From assembly GCA_012295275.1 (NCBI GenBank), contig CM022669.1:11594001-11658000 (forward strand): 64,000 nucleotides of DNA, given 5' to 3'. Made by a program: the position numbers and the translations under genes. The notes below the pieces were generated by a model, which did no database searches, was not told where the DNA came from, and saw nothing but the letters and a program-made list of their open reading frames with translations. Shown here in pieces: positions 25,721 to 39,536 of the stretch. Positions within the stretch are counted from its first letter, which is position 1; every line of letters starts with the position of its first letter. The DNA comes from Chrysomallon squamiferum (Eukaryota; Animalia; Mollusca).

Positions 25721-26643
25721 CTACACAAATAACAAAATCTTTTATAAACAGCTCAAAAATAACATCAATACAAAACTAACAAATACTTTGATAATATTTA
25801 CAGTATTATATATATAACTTTGTGCTTGTTACTTTAAAATTCTTTACATTTTAAATATATATGTATATAACACATATACACACACATATATATACATACA
25901 TACATGTATATGTACATACATACATACATGTATATGTACATACATACATATATATATATATATGAAATACCATTATTAGTTGTATTATGTTTTATGAAGG
26001 GCTCAAAAAAAGAATGGTCAAACACTAAAGAAAAAAGATGAAGGGATGTGAACCTGAAGAATTGTTCAATTTTAAATGTACATGAAACTGAGTTTGGCTC
26101 ACTTAATGATAGATGTTAGGAAGGGTCTAATTTATGATAATGATATTTAACTGTATAAGTAAACAACACTGTGCTTGTTACTTTAAAATTCTTTTTAAAT
26201 TTTTAAATGATTATTGCAGAAACAACGTTCTGTTGGTTAGATCACCTATGTAATTACAAGGTCAAAATATTTTAATACAAATCTAAAATAGAAATACAGT
26301 GATATTCTTATTGGTGGTGTTTTTGTTGTTGTTTTTTGTTGGGATTTTTTCTGTTGTTTTTTTTTGCATATCTAAGGACTGTTGTTACATAAATATTAAT
26401 ATATTTTTGTCAGTTCATTTATTTGTTAATTCATTTATTCAGTAATTAATTCATTTCTTCTTTCACTAATTTATTTTTTACCCACTTTCATTTGTTCTAT
26501 TTTTTGGTTATTTTTATTCATTCATTTATTTATTCAGAAGTTCATTAATTAATTCATACATTTACTCATTTATTAAATGTTTCATTCGTACATTTAGTCA
26601 TTCATTCATTATTCACTTATTCATTTATTTATTCAGCTCTTAC

Positions 26644-26805
26644 TTTCTCTTCCTTTGACTTCTTTGTTGTGGGGGTCTTCTATGATGCGATACCAGGAGA
26701 CAGTGGGGGGAGGGTCCCCGGTGACATTACACACCAAGGTCACAGTGTCCCCCTCATTAGCAGTCACATCCGAACTGGATAACATCCGGTTGATTTTTGC
26801 AGGTT
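26644..26805 (-). CDS. Lachesin/DIP-like protein, Ig domain 2 first half
   Basis: ttattacAG acceptor and GTAAGA donor. Encodes EPAKINRMLSSSDVTANEGDTVTLVCNVTGDPPPTVSWYR. Confidence 0.95.
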
Positions 26806-27423
26806 CTGTAATAAACAGTGTCAAAGATCAGAATATTAACACGAGAACAGTACACAAAGAATGTCTCTGCATTTTGATCTAACTGAATACAGTTGATATA
26901 TATATATATATATATATATTCATATGTACATACATACACACAAATACATACAGCATGCACATACACAGCATGCACATACATATGTACACTCATACACATA
27001 CATTATACTTACACATATCACACACACAAACGTATATACACATATGCACAAACATTAACATATACATCTACACACATAAATATAAACACTTACACTTTTG
27101 GCAATGTTTTACTTTCTTCTTCTTATTATTATTATTGCTATTATTATTATTTTGTTGTTGTTGTTGTTAGTATTATTATTATTATTAATATTGTTTTTTA
27201 AATGTATTTGTTATTTTTTTATGTTGTTTTATTTATTTATTTATTTATGTTGTTATTGATATATGTTTTAAATCAATTTCCATTATTATTTATTTATTTG
27301 TTTGTTTTATTTTGTATGTTACTTTGTAAAGAAATGCATTTCATCTTGAAAGTTATGTATCCATTACAGTGAAGACAGTTATCCTTTATGCAATTATTGA
27401 TCTTGTTCTATTTTCAGCACACA

Positions 27424-27459
<36 letters not shown>

Positions 27460-28053
27460 TGTGAATATACACACAGAAACACACAAACATACATATAAAA
27501 TACAGCAGACTTTGTAACAACAACAATAACTCAGTATATCTATTTATACTATTTAAATTAAATAGAAATAAAAAAAAAAACCTGTTAACTAACTTATGTA
27601 TTGCACTGTTTTCCACTGAGTAATGTAATATATCAGGTATCTGTTGTTTTATCTTGAACTGTGTAACAAAGTCTGTCCCTATTGATCTCTTTCACTGATA
27701 GAATACTGGAATGATGTAACAGCACGAACGATCCAATGGGGAGAAAGGGGCAAACCTGTAAGTTCTTACAGAATGCCTATTTTAAAATATTTTCTTAGTA
27801 CAATCTATGGTACCTGTTTAAAGTGTTTGTCAAGGTTAAAAACAACAACAACAACAACAACAACAACAAAAAAACAATACACTTTAAAACAGAGGGACTA
27901 TTCTGGCACGATTCTTTCAAAAACAGAAATTTGTTTTAAAATTTAAATGAGCAATGTAATTTTTTTTATTTAGAATATATATATATATCCACTTTTTGAG
28001 AAGTACCACACCTGAATATTAATTTTTTTATTGAATATGTAACTGATATTTAA

Positions 28054-28084
<31 letters not shown>

Positions 28085-28957
28085 GAATCTGCTTTATAAA
28101 TCATTAAACAGGTAAGAAACCAAGACAACAGGCCGGTCACCCATCTTTTGTTCCGTGATTTCTAACAAGATTTGCCGAGACGACGAATCTGATTACGAGA
28201 CTATTCTGAAACACACACCCAGACTTATTGCATTATGAACTGATTGCCTCAATATTAATCCACAGATCTCGGAATTAGAAAACCAATTGTTAACAACTTT
28301 CAATTCCTGCCCTTTGCCGTCTGATGGCAGATTCTGAATTATGAATATTTAAACATTACTCACAGCCGCTCTTTCAACAAACACCCAAAAGCTTCTTTCA
28401 AACTCTCCGGCAACTTCGCGAGGAGCCTGGGACAAAAATAAGTGACCCTCCGATTGTGGAGATGAAGAGAATTTTGTGTGTGGCTATCACCACGTCGTTT
28501 TCTCATCAGATTGCGTGACTGATGAAAATTAATTTCTGCGAACGAGATCAAATACGACTCATTTCTCCAGCATCGCACCGACATAATGGCTAACAGAAAT
28601 TACTTATTTCTGACAATGTGGCGAAAGGAGAAGAATGTTTATTTAATAATACCTCTGGACATGATTTAGTCTGCGGATATTAGTGTCTGGCACAGAGAAA
28701 CAGAATCTTGTTTTCTGTAATGTACATATAGACAAAACATATATGTATACACACACAATAAAACACACACATATAAACAGTTAAACATATGTATACACAC
28801 ACAAACACACACACACACACATATATATAGTTATTATAAAACATATATGTATATATACACACAAAAACACACACACAAACAGACATACACACACACACAT
28901 ATAGTTATTGTAAAACATATATGTATATATACTCATATATTTATATTTACAGGTGCA

Positions 28958-29130
28958 CATACATACATACATACATACATAAATACATACATACATACAT
29001 ATATAAATACATACATACATACATACATACATACATACATACATACATACATACATACATACATACATACATACATACATACATACATACATACATACAT
29101 ACATAATACATACATACATAAATACATACA
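28958..29130. repeat. (TACA)n microsatellite
   Basis: Directly visible. Confidence 0.95.
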
Positions 29131-29282
29131 TGATTCTAGTCATAGTGAGAAACAAAGAAAATCACAGGATGAAATTCCAGTTAGAGTCTGTCACAGCAAC
29201 CGAGTCAATTTATCAGTTGTATAACCTAATTAAATGCAAAAACACAAGGAAAAAGCCAATATCAACCTGATTAAAAAGCTGT

Positions 29283-30490
29283 TAGCCACAAGTCCACACA
29301 GACTAGTAGCTATCCAGAGTCTGTCTATATTTAACCACTGCTCCACTGATTAGTAGTTATCCAGTGTGTCTCTAATTAACCACTGCTCCACAGAGACTAG
29401 TAGTTATCCAGTGTGTTTCTAATTAACCACTGCTCCACAGAGACTAGTAGTTATCCAGTGTGTTGTTATCCAGTGTGTTTCTGCTCCACAGAGACTAGTA
29501 ACCACTGTTCCACAGAGACTAGTAGTTATCCAATGTGTTTCTAATTAACCACTGGTCCACAGAGACTAGTAGTTATCCAGTGTGTTTCTGCTTAACCACT
29601 GGTCCACAGAGACTAGTAACTAGCAACTGTTTATCTCAACTCAACAAGTGCTCCATGAAGTAGCAGTTGTTCTGTCTGACTCTGCTAAAACCACTTGAGA
29701 GAGACTAGTAGTTATCTACCGCACATCTCTACTTTACCACTAATCCAGAGATTAGTCATTATCCAGAGTAAGCCTCAGGCTAACCAGTTTCACACAGATC
29801 AGGGATTAGCTTCTCAGGCTGTATTAACGTGATAACTTTACTTAATCAGTGAACTGAAGACCGTATCAAAGACGGTATCTGACATAACCACTGCTCCACA
29901 GATGTCAGTTGTTATCAAAGTACTGTCTCTGTGGAGCAGTGGTTAAGTAGAGATAAACCATTGTTAACAACCACTGACCAATATTCATCAAACTGATATC
30001 TTCAACCATGATGGTCGGTGATGATCAAAATGTCTTAACCACTGTTCCACAGAGACCACACCTAAAAGTGGGGTCCTTCTACTTAACCACTACTTCACAG
30101 AAACTTTTAGTTTTACTTAACCAATGCTCCTCAGAGACAATCCCTTCTGCTTAATCACTCCTCCTTAACAACAAGTAACCATTTATTTATATAATCTTCT
30201 ATTTAATTACTGCATTTCATAAGAAAAAGTTTTCGAAAGTGGTATCTATATTAACCACTGCTGTACCAGTAATTATTAAAACATTATTTTTTGAAAAATC
30301 ACTCCACAGTGACCAATGCTTATCAAAATGATGTCATCAACTTAACCACTGTTCCTAGGATACCAGTAATTATCAAATTATTTTCTTGAACTTAACCACC
30401 ACTGCACTTGTTGACAGTAATTATCAAAATGATGTCATCTACTTAACTTCTGCTCCCACAGAAGCAAACAGTTATCAAAGTGGTATTTTC
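29283..30490. repeat. ~47-nt minisatellite ttaaccactgctccacagagactagtagttatccagtgtgtttctaa, with a conserved core at 29330-29620, decayed copies to ~30490 and one inverted copy
   Basis: Recurrent ttaaccactg.tccacaga and agt.gttatc motifs. Confidence 0.85.
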
Positions 30491-31259
30491 TATTTAATCT
30501 GGTGTCTTTTTATAAATAAGTTTTTTTGTTTTTTTTCTACAATTTCCTCTGAAAATAAAAATGAATTTAAAAAATCTCTCTACTTAATATTCAGGCTGCC
30601 AGCCTTCATAACACTGAAGAGACAATTTAATGGAAAACTACAAGATTTTTGCCAACAGACATGACTACCAAAGACTGGAAGGTAAAAAGTGTTAAAAAGT
30701 TCCATGAATTTACATCATAAAAAATGTAAAAAAAAAAAATTTAAAAAAACTTATTAGCACAATCACATTTTGATTTCATTGCAATATTAATTTTTGTTAT
30801 TAAACCTTTTCTACATTAAAGAATAATTTTTTTTTTTTTTTTTTTTTTTTTTTTCTTGCAAATTTAGAGTTGTTAAGTCAGTACATGTGTCCTAACAGAA
30901 GTGTCAAGTGAAAGCTTATGATGTTATCTCAAGCTTGTTAAGTGAAGAAAATAACTGGTATTCAAAAAGCTGGAGATCATTATTGTCAAAGAGATAAAGT
31001 TTTCGAAACTGGAAGCTCAAACTTAAGATGCGGATCCAAACAGAACCAATGAGAATGTAGTTTAACAAATAAAGCAAATAATTCTGAATTAATTACTTAA
31101 ACATCAAATTTTTTAAATATTTGGTTTAATAATGAATTAAAATGAATAATAAACTTTTCTCTCTTTTTTTTTTATGTTCTTTTAATTTTAAGAATGATGA
31201 AATTAGAGGTGGAATCTTCTGCGAGATATTTCATAAGGTTTTCTTTTGAAAAAGAAACA

Positions 31260-31770
31260 AAGGGTTTTGTAGACAGAAGATCAGATATGTCACAGATCTT
31301 CGTACACTTGGTTGGAATGGACAATAGCTGAGTTAGTACACTGAAGAGAATTTATATAATAACAATATCGTCATTTACATAAAAGTAACAAATGTTTTTA
31401 TAATTGTCTCCTCAGTAATCAGAAACAGAAGCTAGGGATTTTGTAGACAGACCTTCACGAATCTGCTGGGAGACTCTGGTCGGAATTGAAAATAGCTGAG
31501 CAAGTACACTGAGGCGAATTGATACAATAAAAATATGATCATTTACATAAAGGAAACAGCTGTTCTTATAATTGTTTCCTTGGAAATCAGAGAAATAAGC
31601 AAGGGATTTCATAGACAGACCTTCACGAAATCAGGCAAGAGAGACTTGTCGGAATGGAAGATAGCCCAATGAGTGCAGTGAGAATAATTTAAATAAAAAC
31701 AATATCATCGCTCACAAAGAGGAAACAATTGTTGTTATCAGCGTTTTGCTTGGTAATCAGAAAAACTAAT
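31260..31770. repeat. Diverged ~170-nt tandem repeat, 3 copies
   Basis: tagacaga(c)..., ggaat.ga.aatagc, aatat..tcatttacataaa and taatcaga recur at ~170-180 nt spacing. Confidence 0.8.
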
Positions 31771-33629
31771 CACAAGTGAGAATATTGCCAAACAGAGACT
31801 GAAGATTGTGTTTAGATTTCAATCAGACTGCACTTACACACACAGTCTGTATTAATACTTCTGTGATTGATTAACTTGGATAATTCATCATTGTTCTGCA
31901 GTCTTTAAGAGGAGAATGTATCACTCGTGCCAAGTTATTACGTTTATTTTTGTGAGTTTGTCGGCCAAGTTGTTCTGGCTAGGTACGAAAGTGTTTCAGG
32001 TTTTGCCAGGATGGTTATGACAACTTTGTAATTACACTGAAACCATTCGACAGATTTTTTTTTTAAATAGAAATATATATTTCAGTAATTAAAATTAACA
32101 GTAATTCTTTCTACCTGTGAAACTAAATAATTTTTTTCTTCAAAAAAATCATGAAATATTATTAGTCTCCTTTTTTTGTGAATAATTAAACGGAAAGCGT
32201 AATATTTTAATAATAGAATGAATTAATTTTAAGCTTCCTTTTTCTGTCAAATGCAAATGAGCATGAAATGCATGTAGAGAGTAAAGGTTTATTCTTCAAT
32301 TCTTGCCAGTGATATCAAGCTGTTAAATCTGACTTTAAGAAAGAAATCAGTATTGTTATCACATTCCAGCATCTGTAAAACTGACAGAGATGTTTTTTCA
32401 CCATTCATGCCTCATTTTTGTGAAAGATTTTTTTTTCCCTTTCAATTACAAAGTGAATCACAAGAGTCTTGTTTCACATCAGTTGTGATTAACTTAATGA
32501 GTTGTGACAGTGAATTTCTTCCTTGAAAATGAAATGGTACTTTTTATTTTATTATTTAAAATGAAGGGGAAAAAATAAATCAATTTATTTAAATAAAGTG
32601 TTTAATTATTCGTAATGATAAAAATAAAAATGTAAAATTCTAAATTGAATCCAGTCTTGGTACTTTGCATATCTATAATCTATAGATTATATATATAATT
32701 TAAATAATAAATATAATTTTAAAAAGCTATTTTGAAACCTTATATCAATTATTTATTAATATATATATATATATGAAAAAAACATTAATATAAAAGAATT
32801 AAAAAATATAAAATATTTAATTGTGAAAAGAAAAAAAGAAGAAAATTCTACAAATGTATTCATGAAATTACTTTCAGTTTCACATTAAAACTAACCAAAA
32901 AACTGATTATCAAAAAGAACAAGCCAAAAAAAAAAAATAATAATAATAAGAAGAAGAAGAAAAATAATAAAATAAAATAAAATAAATAAAAATAATTAAA
33001 ATCAATATACAAAAAATAAAAAAAAGAAGATATAAAACAATCATTATCGACATCTGAAATTCACAATCAGTAACGTCATCGTGTTCACACATCTGAACGC
33101 GTGGTAACTACCTGGACGCTGTGTTTGTTTTCAGTAATCATCTGACGTCACACCAGCCACCGCTCCATTACAACGACGTGAATCTGACCAGGAAACAATT
33201 TCATCACAAACACCTTCGCGCACGTTTTCTCGCTCACCTCATGCATTTTTCATGCGAGCGCGGCTGGCAGCTTCGACACCACCGCGACTGTGCAGAACGT
33301 CGCTGTGACGATGACACCCGAGTTGTGACACGTTGCTGCGGACGGTGTGCGAAGATTTCGTGTTAATCACTGAGAAACGGTGACAGCTTTTTTTGTGGTT
33401 TTACGTTGTCAGATCACAGAATCGTGTTTATTTGGGAAAGAGTTTTTTTTTTACCTTTTTTTTTTTAATGTGGATTTTTTTGTTTTAATCATCTTGTTGT
33501 TGTTGTTGTTTTTTTTGTTATTGGGAGATTTTGAGTCTTTTTTTTTGTTACTGTATTTTTTTTTTGTTGTCTTTTGGGTTTTTTTTATTATATTTTTTTA
33601 AAAACCAATTTTTTTTTATCTTATTAGAT

Positions 33630-33667
<38 letters not shown>

Positions 33668-34069
33668 TGAAGCTAATTCTATACTACTGTCATATATTAC
33701 CATCATCATCATCATTTGATTTTTTATTTGTTTAGGTATCACATGTTTGGTTTCACAGATTGACTGAAACGTATATAGACAGACATATAGATTATATATA
33801 TATATATTATATAGATAGATAGATAGATTATATATAAATGTATATGTATATGTAGATACAGATATATAACAATGGTACTGTAATAACAGTTGTAGCAGTA
33901 GTTTTTACAATGGTATTGATCGGATTAATTACATTAGTAGTATTTGCAGAAATAACAATTGTTACTGTAGTTGTTGTACAGTAATTGTTGTAACTATAGT
34001 ACTAATAATAGTAATAACTGTAGGTGTATTAGTAGTGTATTTGTAGCAGCAGCAGTAGTAGTGTTGTAA

Positions 34070-35835
34070 TGGTTGTAGAAGTAACAGTGGTATAGTACCA
34101 GTTGTAGTAATAGTAGTTATAGGGTAACAGTGGTATAGCACCAGTTGTAGTAATAGTAGTTGTAGAAGTAACAGTGGTGTATAGTACCAGTTGTAGTAAT
34201 AGTAGTTATAGGGTAACAGTGATATAGTACCAGTTGTAGTAATAGTAGTTGTAGGGTAACAGTGGTATAGTACCAGTTGTAGTAATAGTAGTTGTAGGGT
34301 AACAGTGGTATAGTACCAGTTGTAGTAATAGTAGTTGTAGGGTAACAGTGATATAGTACCAGTTGTAGTAATAGTAGTTATAGGGTAACAGTGGTATAGT
34401 ACCAGTTGTAGTAATAGTAGTTGTAGGGTAACAGTGGTATAGTACCAGTTGTAGTAATAGTAGTTGTAGGGTAACAGTGGTATAGTACCAGTTGTAGTAA
34501 TAGTAGTTATAGGGTAACAGTGGTATAGTACCAGTTGTAGTAATAGTAGTTGTAGAAGTAACAGTGGTGATAGTACCAGTTGTAGTAATAGTAGTTGTAG
34601 GGTAACAGTGATATAGTACCAGTTGTAGTAATAGTAGTTGTAGGGTAACAGTGGTATAGTACCAGTTGTAGTAATAGTAGTTGTAGGGTAACAGTGGTAT
34701 AGTACCAGTTGTAGTAATAGTAGTTGTAGGGTAACAGTGGTATAGTACCAGTTGTAGTAATAGTAGTTGTAGGGTAACAGTGGTATAGTACCAGTTGTTG
34801 TAATAGTAGTTGTAGAAGTAACAGTGGTATAGTACCAGTTGTAGTAATAGTAGTTGTAGGGTAACAGTGATATAGTACCAGTTGTAGTAATAGTAGTTGT
34901 AGGGTAACAGTGGTATAGTACCAGTTGTAGTAATAGTAGTTGTAGAAGTAACAGTGGTGTATAGTACCAGTTGTAGTAATAGCAGTTGTAGAAGTAACAG
35001 TGGTATAGTACCAGTTGTAGTAATAGTAGTTGTAGGGTAACAGTGGTGTATAGTACCAGTTGTAGTAATAGTAGTTGTAGGGTAACAGTGGTGTATAGTA
35101 CCAGTTGTAGTAATAGCAGTTGTAGAAGTAACAGTGGTATAGTACCAGTTGTAGTAATAGTAGTTGTAGGGTAACAGTGGTATAGTACCAGTTGTAGTAA
35201 TAGTAGTTGTAGGGTAACAGTGGTATAGTACCAGTTGTAGTAATAGTAGTTGTAGGGTAACAGTGTGTATAGTACCAGTTGTAGTAACCAGTTGTAGTAA
35301 CAGTGGTATAGTACCAGTTGTAGTAATAGTAGTTGTAGGGTAACAGTGGTATAGTACCAGTTGTAGTAATAGTAGTTGTAGGGTAACAGTGGTATAGTAC
35401 CAGTTGTAGTAATAGTAGTTGTAGGGTAACAGTGGTATACTACCAGTTGTAGTAATAGTAGTTGTAGGGTAACAGTGGTATAGTACCAGTTGTAGTAATA
35501 GTAGTTATAGGGTAACAGTAGTGTATAGTACCAGTTGTAGTAATAGTAGTTATAGGGTAACAGTGGTATAGTACCAGTTGTAGTAATAGTAGTTGTAGAA
35601 GTAACAGTGGTATAGTACCAGTTGTAGTAATAGTAGTTGTAGAAGTAACAGTGGTATAGTACCAGTTGTAGTAATAGTAGTTGTAGTAATAGTAGTTGTA
35701 GGGTAACAGTGGTATAGTACCAGTTGTAGTAATAGTAGTTGTAGGGTAACAGTGGTATAGTACCAGTTGTAGTAATAGTAGTTGTAGGGTAACAGTGGTA
35801 TAGTACCAGTTGTAGTAATAGTAGTTGTAGGGTAA
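34070..35835. repeat. 43-nt minisatellite (~41 copies) gggtaacagtggtatagtaccagttgtagtaatagtagttgta
   Basis: Period measured directly (e.g. 34643 to 34686). Highly homogeneous with a few recurring variants. Confidence 0.97.
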
Positions 35836-36025
35836 TAGTGATAAAGGCAGTAATTGATAGCAGAGTAGAATTAGAAGCAGTAGAAGTACTAACAGAAGCA
35901 GTAGTGGTAGTTGTAGTTACAGTGGTCACTAATAATGGTGATTGTAGCTGTAGCAGTAATAGTGGTAGTTGAGGAAAAAAATGCTTTTGTTTTATGGTGT
36001 CTATAAACATTCCAGAGACTCTGAT

Positions 36026-36064
<39 letters not shown>

Positions 36065-36724
36065 TTTCATTAATTTATTTATTTATTTTAATTTATTTAT
36101 TATGATCACCTTTAGTGGTACATTAAAAACTTTCATCACCAAAACATCAGAAGTTACATCACTCTCATACCGACCGCATACTTATAATTCACACACCATC
36201 CTCTCCCATCTATCACCCTTATAAACAAAACTAAATTACACCACTCCGAGCTGGGTTTTTTTTTTTTTTTTTTCTATGTGTCTTTATTAAAGCAAATGAT
36301 CTGACATCAGCACGTCATCCATCTTGTGTCTTACATAACAATCTGTGTAATCGCTAACTCGAGCCATTCATCACTCGTCCATTGAAGAACTTGCAAATTA
36401 AACATGTCTGTCGCTTTGGCCCGCCAGGAGGGCATGCATGCACACTCAGCATTCACTGTCACGTTAAATGACAAAATATTAATTTGAACAATCTCAAATC
36501 GCTGGCCCCTTAATGTCCCCAGGGGGCTGGGCTGGACTGGGCTGGGCTGGGCTGGACCGGACTTCTTCGATCAATTGCCATTTCTCTCGTTTGTCCAGTG
36601 GCTGCTGTTTGATGGATGAGCCAAGTTAAAGTATTTCACAGCTGGCTCTCAGAGGGAGAGGAATTTGTTCAACTTGTGACTCGTAAATGTCACATTGGTG
36701 AGAAAATAATTAGCCGGTTTGCAT

Positions 36725-38060
36725 AGACGGTTTTCATAGCCTTTTTTTTTCTTGGTAGTTTTCATAGTCTTTTTTTTCTTGGTGATTTATTTATAGCTTG
36801 TTTTCATTGTCTTTTTTCTTGGTGAGTTTATGTGGCTAGTTTTCATAGTCTTTTTTTTTTTCCTTGGCGAGTTTTTTCAGGATAGTTTTCATAGTCTTTT
36901 TTTTTTTTCCCTAGGCGATTTTTTATTGCTAGTTTTTGTAGCCTTTTTTCTTGGTGAGTTTTTATAGCTTGTTTTCATAGCCTTTTTTCTTGTTGAGTTT
37001 TTATAGCTTGTTTTCATAATCTTTTTTCTTGGTGAGTTTTTATAGCTTGTTTTCATATATTTTTTTTCTTGTTAATTTTTTATAGCTTGTTTTTTCATAA
37101 TCTTTTTTTTTTGGTGAGTTTTTATAGCTTGTTTTCATAGCCTTTTTTCTTGTTGAGTTTTGTGGCTAGTTTTCATAGTATTTTTTTTTCTTAGTGAGTT
37201 TTTGCTAGTTTTCATAGTATTTTTTTCTTGGTGAGTTTTGTGGCTAGTTTTCATTGCCTTTTTTTCTTGATGATTTTTTTCCTTTTTTTCTTGGCGAGTG
37301 ATTACATCTAGTTTTCATAGTCTTTTTTTCTTGGTGAATTTTTGTGGCTAATTTTCATGGTTTTTTCTTTGTGTTTTTATAGCTAGTTTTCATAGTCGTT
37401 TTCTTGGTGAGTTTTTATAGCTACTTTTCATAGCCTTGAGTTTTTGTGGCTAATTTTCATAGGCTTTTTTTTCTTGAGTTTTTTTTATTGCTTGTTTTCA
37501 TAGGCTTTTTTCTTGGTGAGTTTTTATAACTAGATTTCATAGTCTTTTTTTCTTGGTGATTGTTTATAGCTAGTTTTCATAGCCTTTTTTTTTTTCATGA
37601 GTGATTACATCTAGTTTTCATAGTTTTTTTTTTCTTGGTGAATTTTTGTGGCTAATTTTCATAGTCTTTTTTCTTTGTGTTTTTTATAGCTAGTTTTCAT
37701 AGTCGTTTTTCTTGGTGAGTTTTTATAGCTACTTTTCATAGCCTTTTTTCTTAGTGAGTTTTTGTGGCTAATTTTCATAGGCTTTTTTCTTGGTGAGTTT
37801 TTATTGCTAGTTTTCATAGGCTTTTTTCTTGGTGTTTTTTTTATAGCTTGTTTTCATAGCCTTTTTTCTTGGTGAGTTTTAATGGCTAGTTTTCATAGCC
37901 TTTTTTTTTTTCTTGGTGAGTTTTTGTGGCTAGTTTTCATAGTCTTTTTTCTTGGTGAGTTTTTATAACTAGATTTCATAGTCTTTTTTCTTGGTGATTG
38001 TTTATAGCTAGTTTTCATAGCCTTTTTTTCTTGGTAACTTTTTATATAGATAGTTTTTGT
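36725..38060. repeat. ~39-nt T-rich minisatellite gctagttttcatagccttttttcttggtgagtttttata (~33 copies)
   Basis: Directly visible tandem units with variable T-run lengths. Confidence 0.95.
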
Positions 38061-39477
38061 AACCAGTGTTCACAGTCAGCTTTCGCAGCAAAATGTTTCC
38101 AGCTGATAGATGATGAAGATGAAATGAATAATAATAATAATAAAAAAATAAAAAGAGTCTATTTGGGAGTGAGCGGGACAGGAGAAGATGAGCGTGGCTG
38201 TGTTTCGTCCCGAAGACGCCAGAACTGAGATACAATGACAAGGTAATCAGAGCTTCACGGGGAACACACTATCATAGCAGAAATTGGTTTGTACAGAAAA
38301 CTTCTCAAATCAATAAAACGTCTTGGCAGTTATTTACCCAAAATTTCGTGTCCGTAAAAACGGGCAGAGAAGAGTCACTTGGAGTGCATTTTACCATTGG
38401 AAGATTTCGTTTTTATTATATCTCCTCCCAGTGAAGAATGCATCTGATGAGAGTTTTCAAAGCAAACAAGGAATGTGTTTGTACAGGATGCTTTCCTTTT
38501 CAGTGTCCCCCACAAGCCAGTCGTTTGTGAGTCTTTGTGAGTGAAATAAAAACATCATCAATGCACAATCTCCTGCAATTTGTACACTGTTTGGTCAGTC
38601 CATTGATAGTCATGTTCTTCAGTGAAAAAATAACAACACCAGGCAGAACATTTTTTTTATCAATTATATAGCTGTTGGTTTAAAAAAAAAAAAAAAAAAT
38701 TTTTAAAAAATGGTGTTAATGTTTATCGTTTGATGTAAATGACAACTTTTATTGTATGTGGATGAATAATTTCTAAAAATAAAATTATTTATGCAGATTA
38801 TGATTTCATTTATGAATAAAAACACACACAGAGTTTATCCCATTATAAACTATTTCCATAAGCCTCAAATATTTTCATTAAGAAAAACATCCAACACATG
38901 ATGAGAATATGTACAAAAAAAAAAACATTATTCTAATTTCACTAATAGAATTAACAATATATATTGTAAACATACACAAGAGAGAAATGGGTGTGTTAAA
39001 ACCTCAGTATAATGTTTTCCTCCAGATTTAAATTACACTATTATTCAAAACACACCAGGAAACATGAGGATGTGTATCAACTTCACACCTGTCCCTGTTT
39101 TCTTTTTCTTTATAACAAAATTAATTTCCATTCCTAAAAAATATATATATATATATATATCTGTTAAGATGGCATCCCCCTTTGTTGAAAATCTAGATAT
39201 CACACTAGAGGTACTGCAGGCAATACAAATTACTATGAAGGTCAGTGCCAGAACAAATTGAATGTTACAGATGACCAATGTCCACTGTTCTGGATCAAGT
39301 GTTACAAAGTTATAATGTGTCTTGTTCTAATGTATATTTGGCTGTATTGCAGACATTTTCTACTCTCTTTTTAATTTCCATGTATGCATTTTTGTTTTTA
39401 GTTGGGTTTTTTTGTTTTGTTTTTTCTCTGATCTCTTACTTATAGTATAATAATGGTGTTTTCTAATTCGTGTGTAA

Positions 39478-39536
<59 letters not shown>

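Noticed and set aside
33962-36010. 682-aa minus-strand ORF
   Set aside because: It is the translation of a 43-nt satellite that cycles through frames, with frame-shifting unit variants and no coding signature.
29283-38060. Repeat arrays as CRISPR-like loci
   Set aside because: Units are head-to-tail without unique spacers, there are no cas genes, and the context is a eukaryotic intron.
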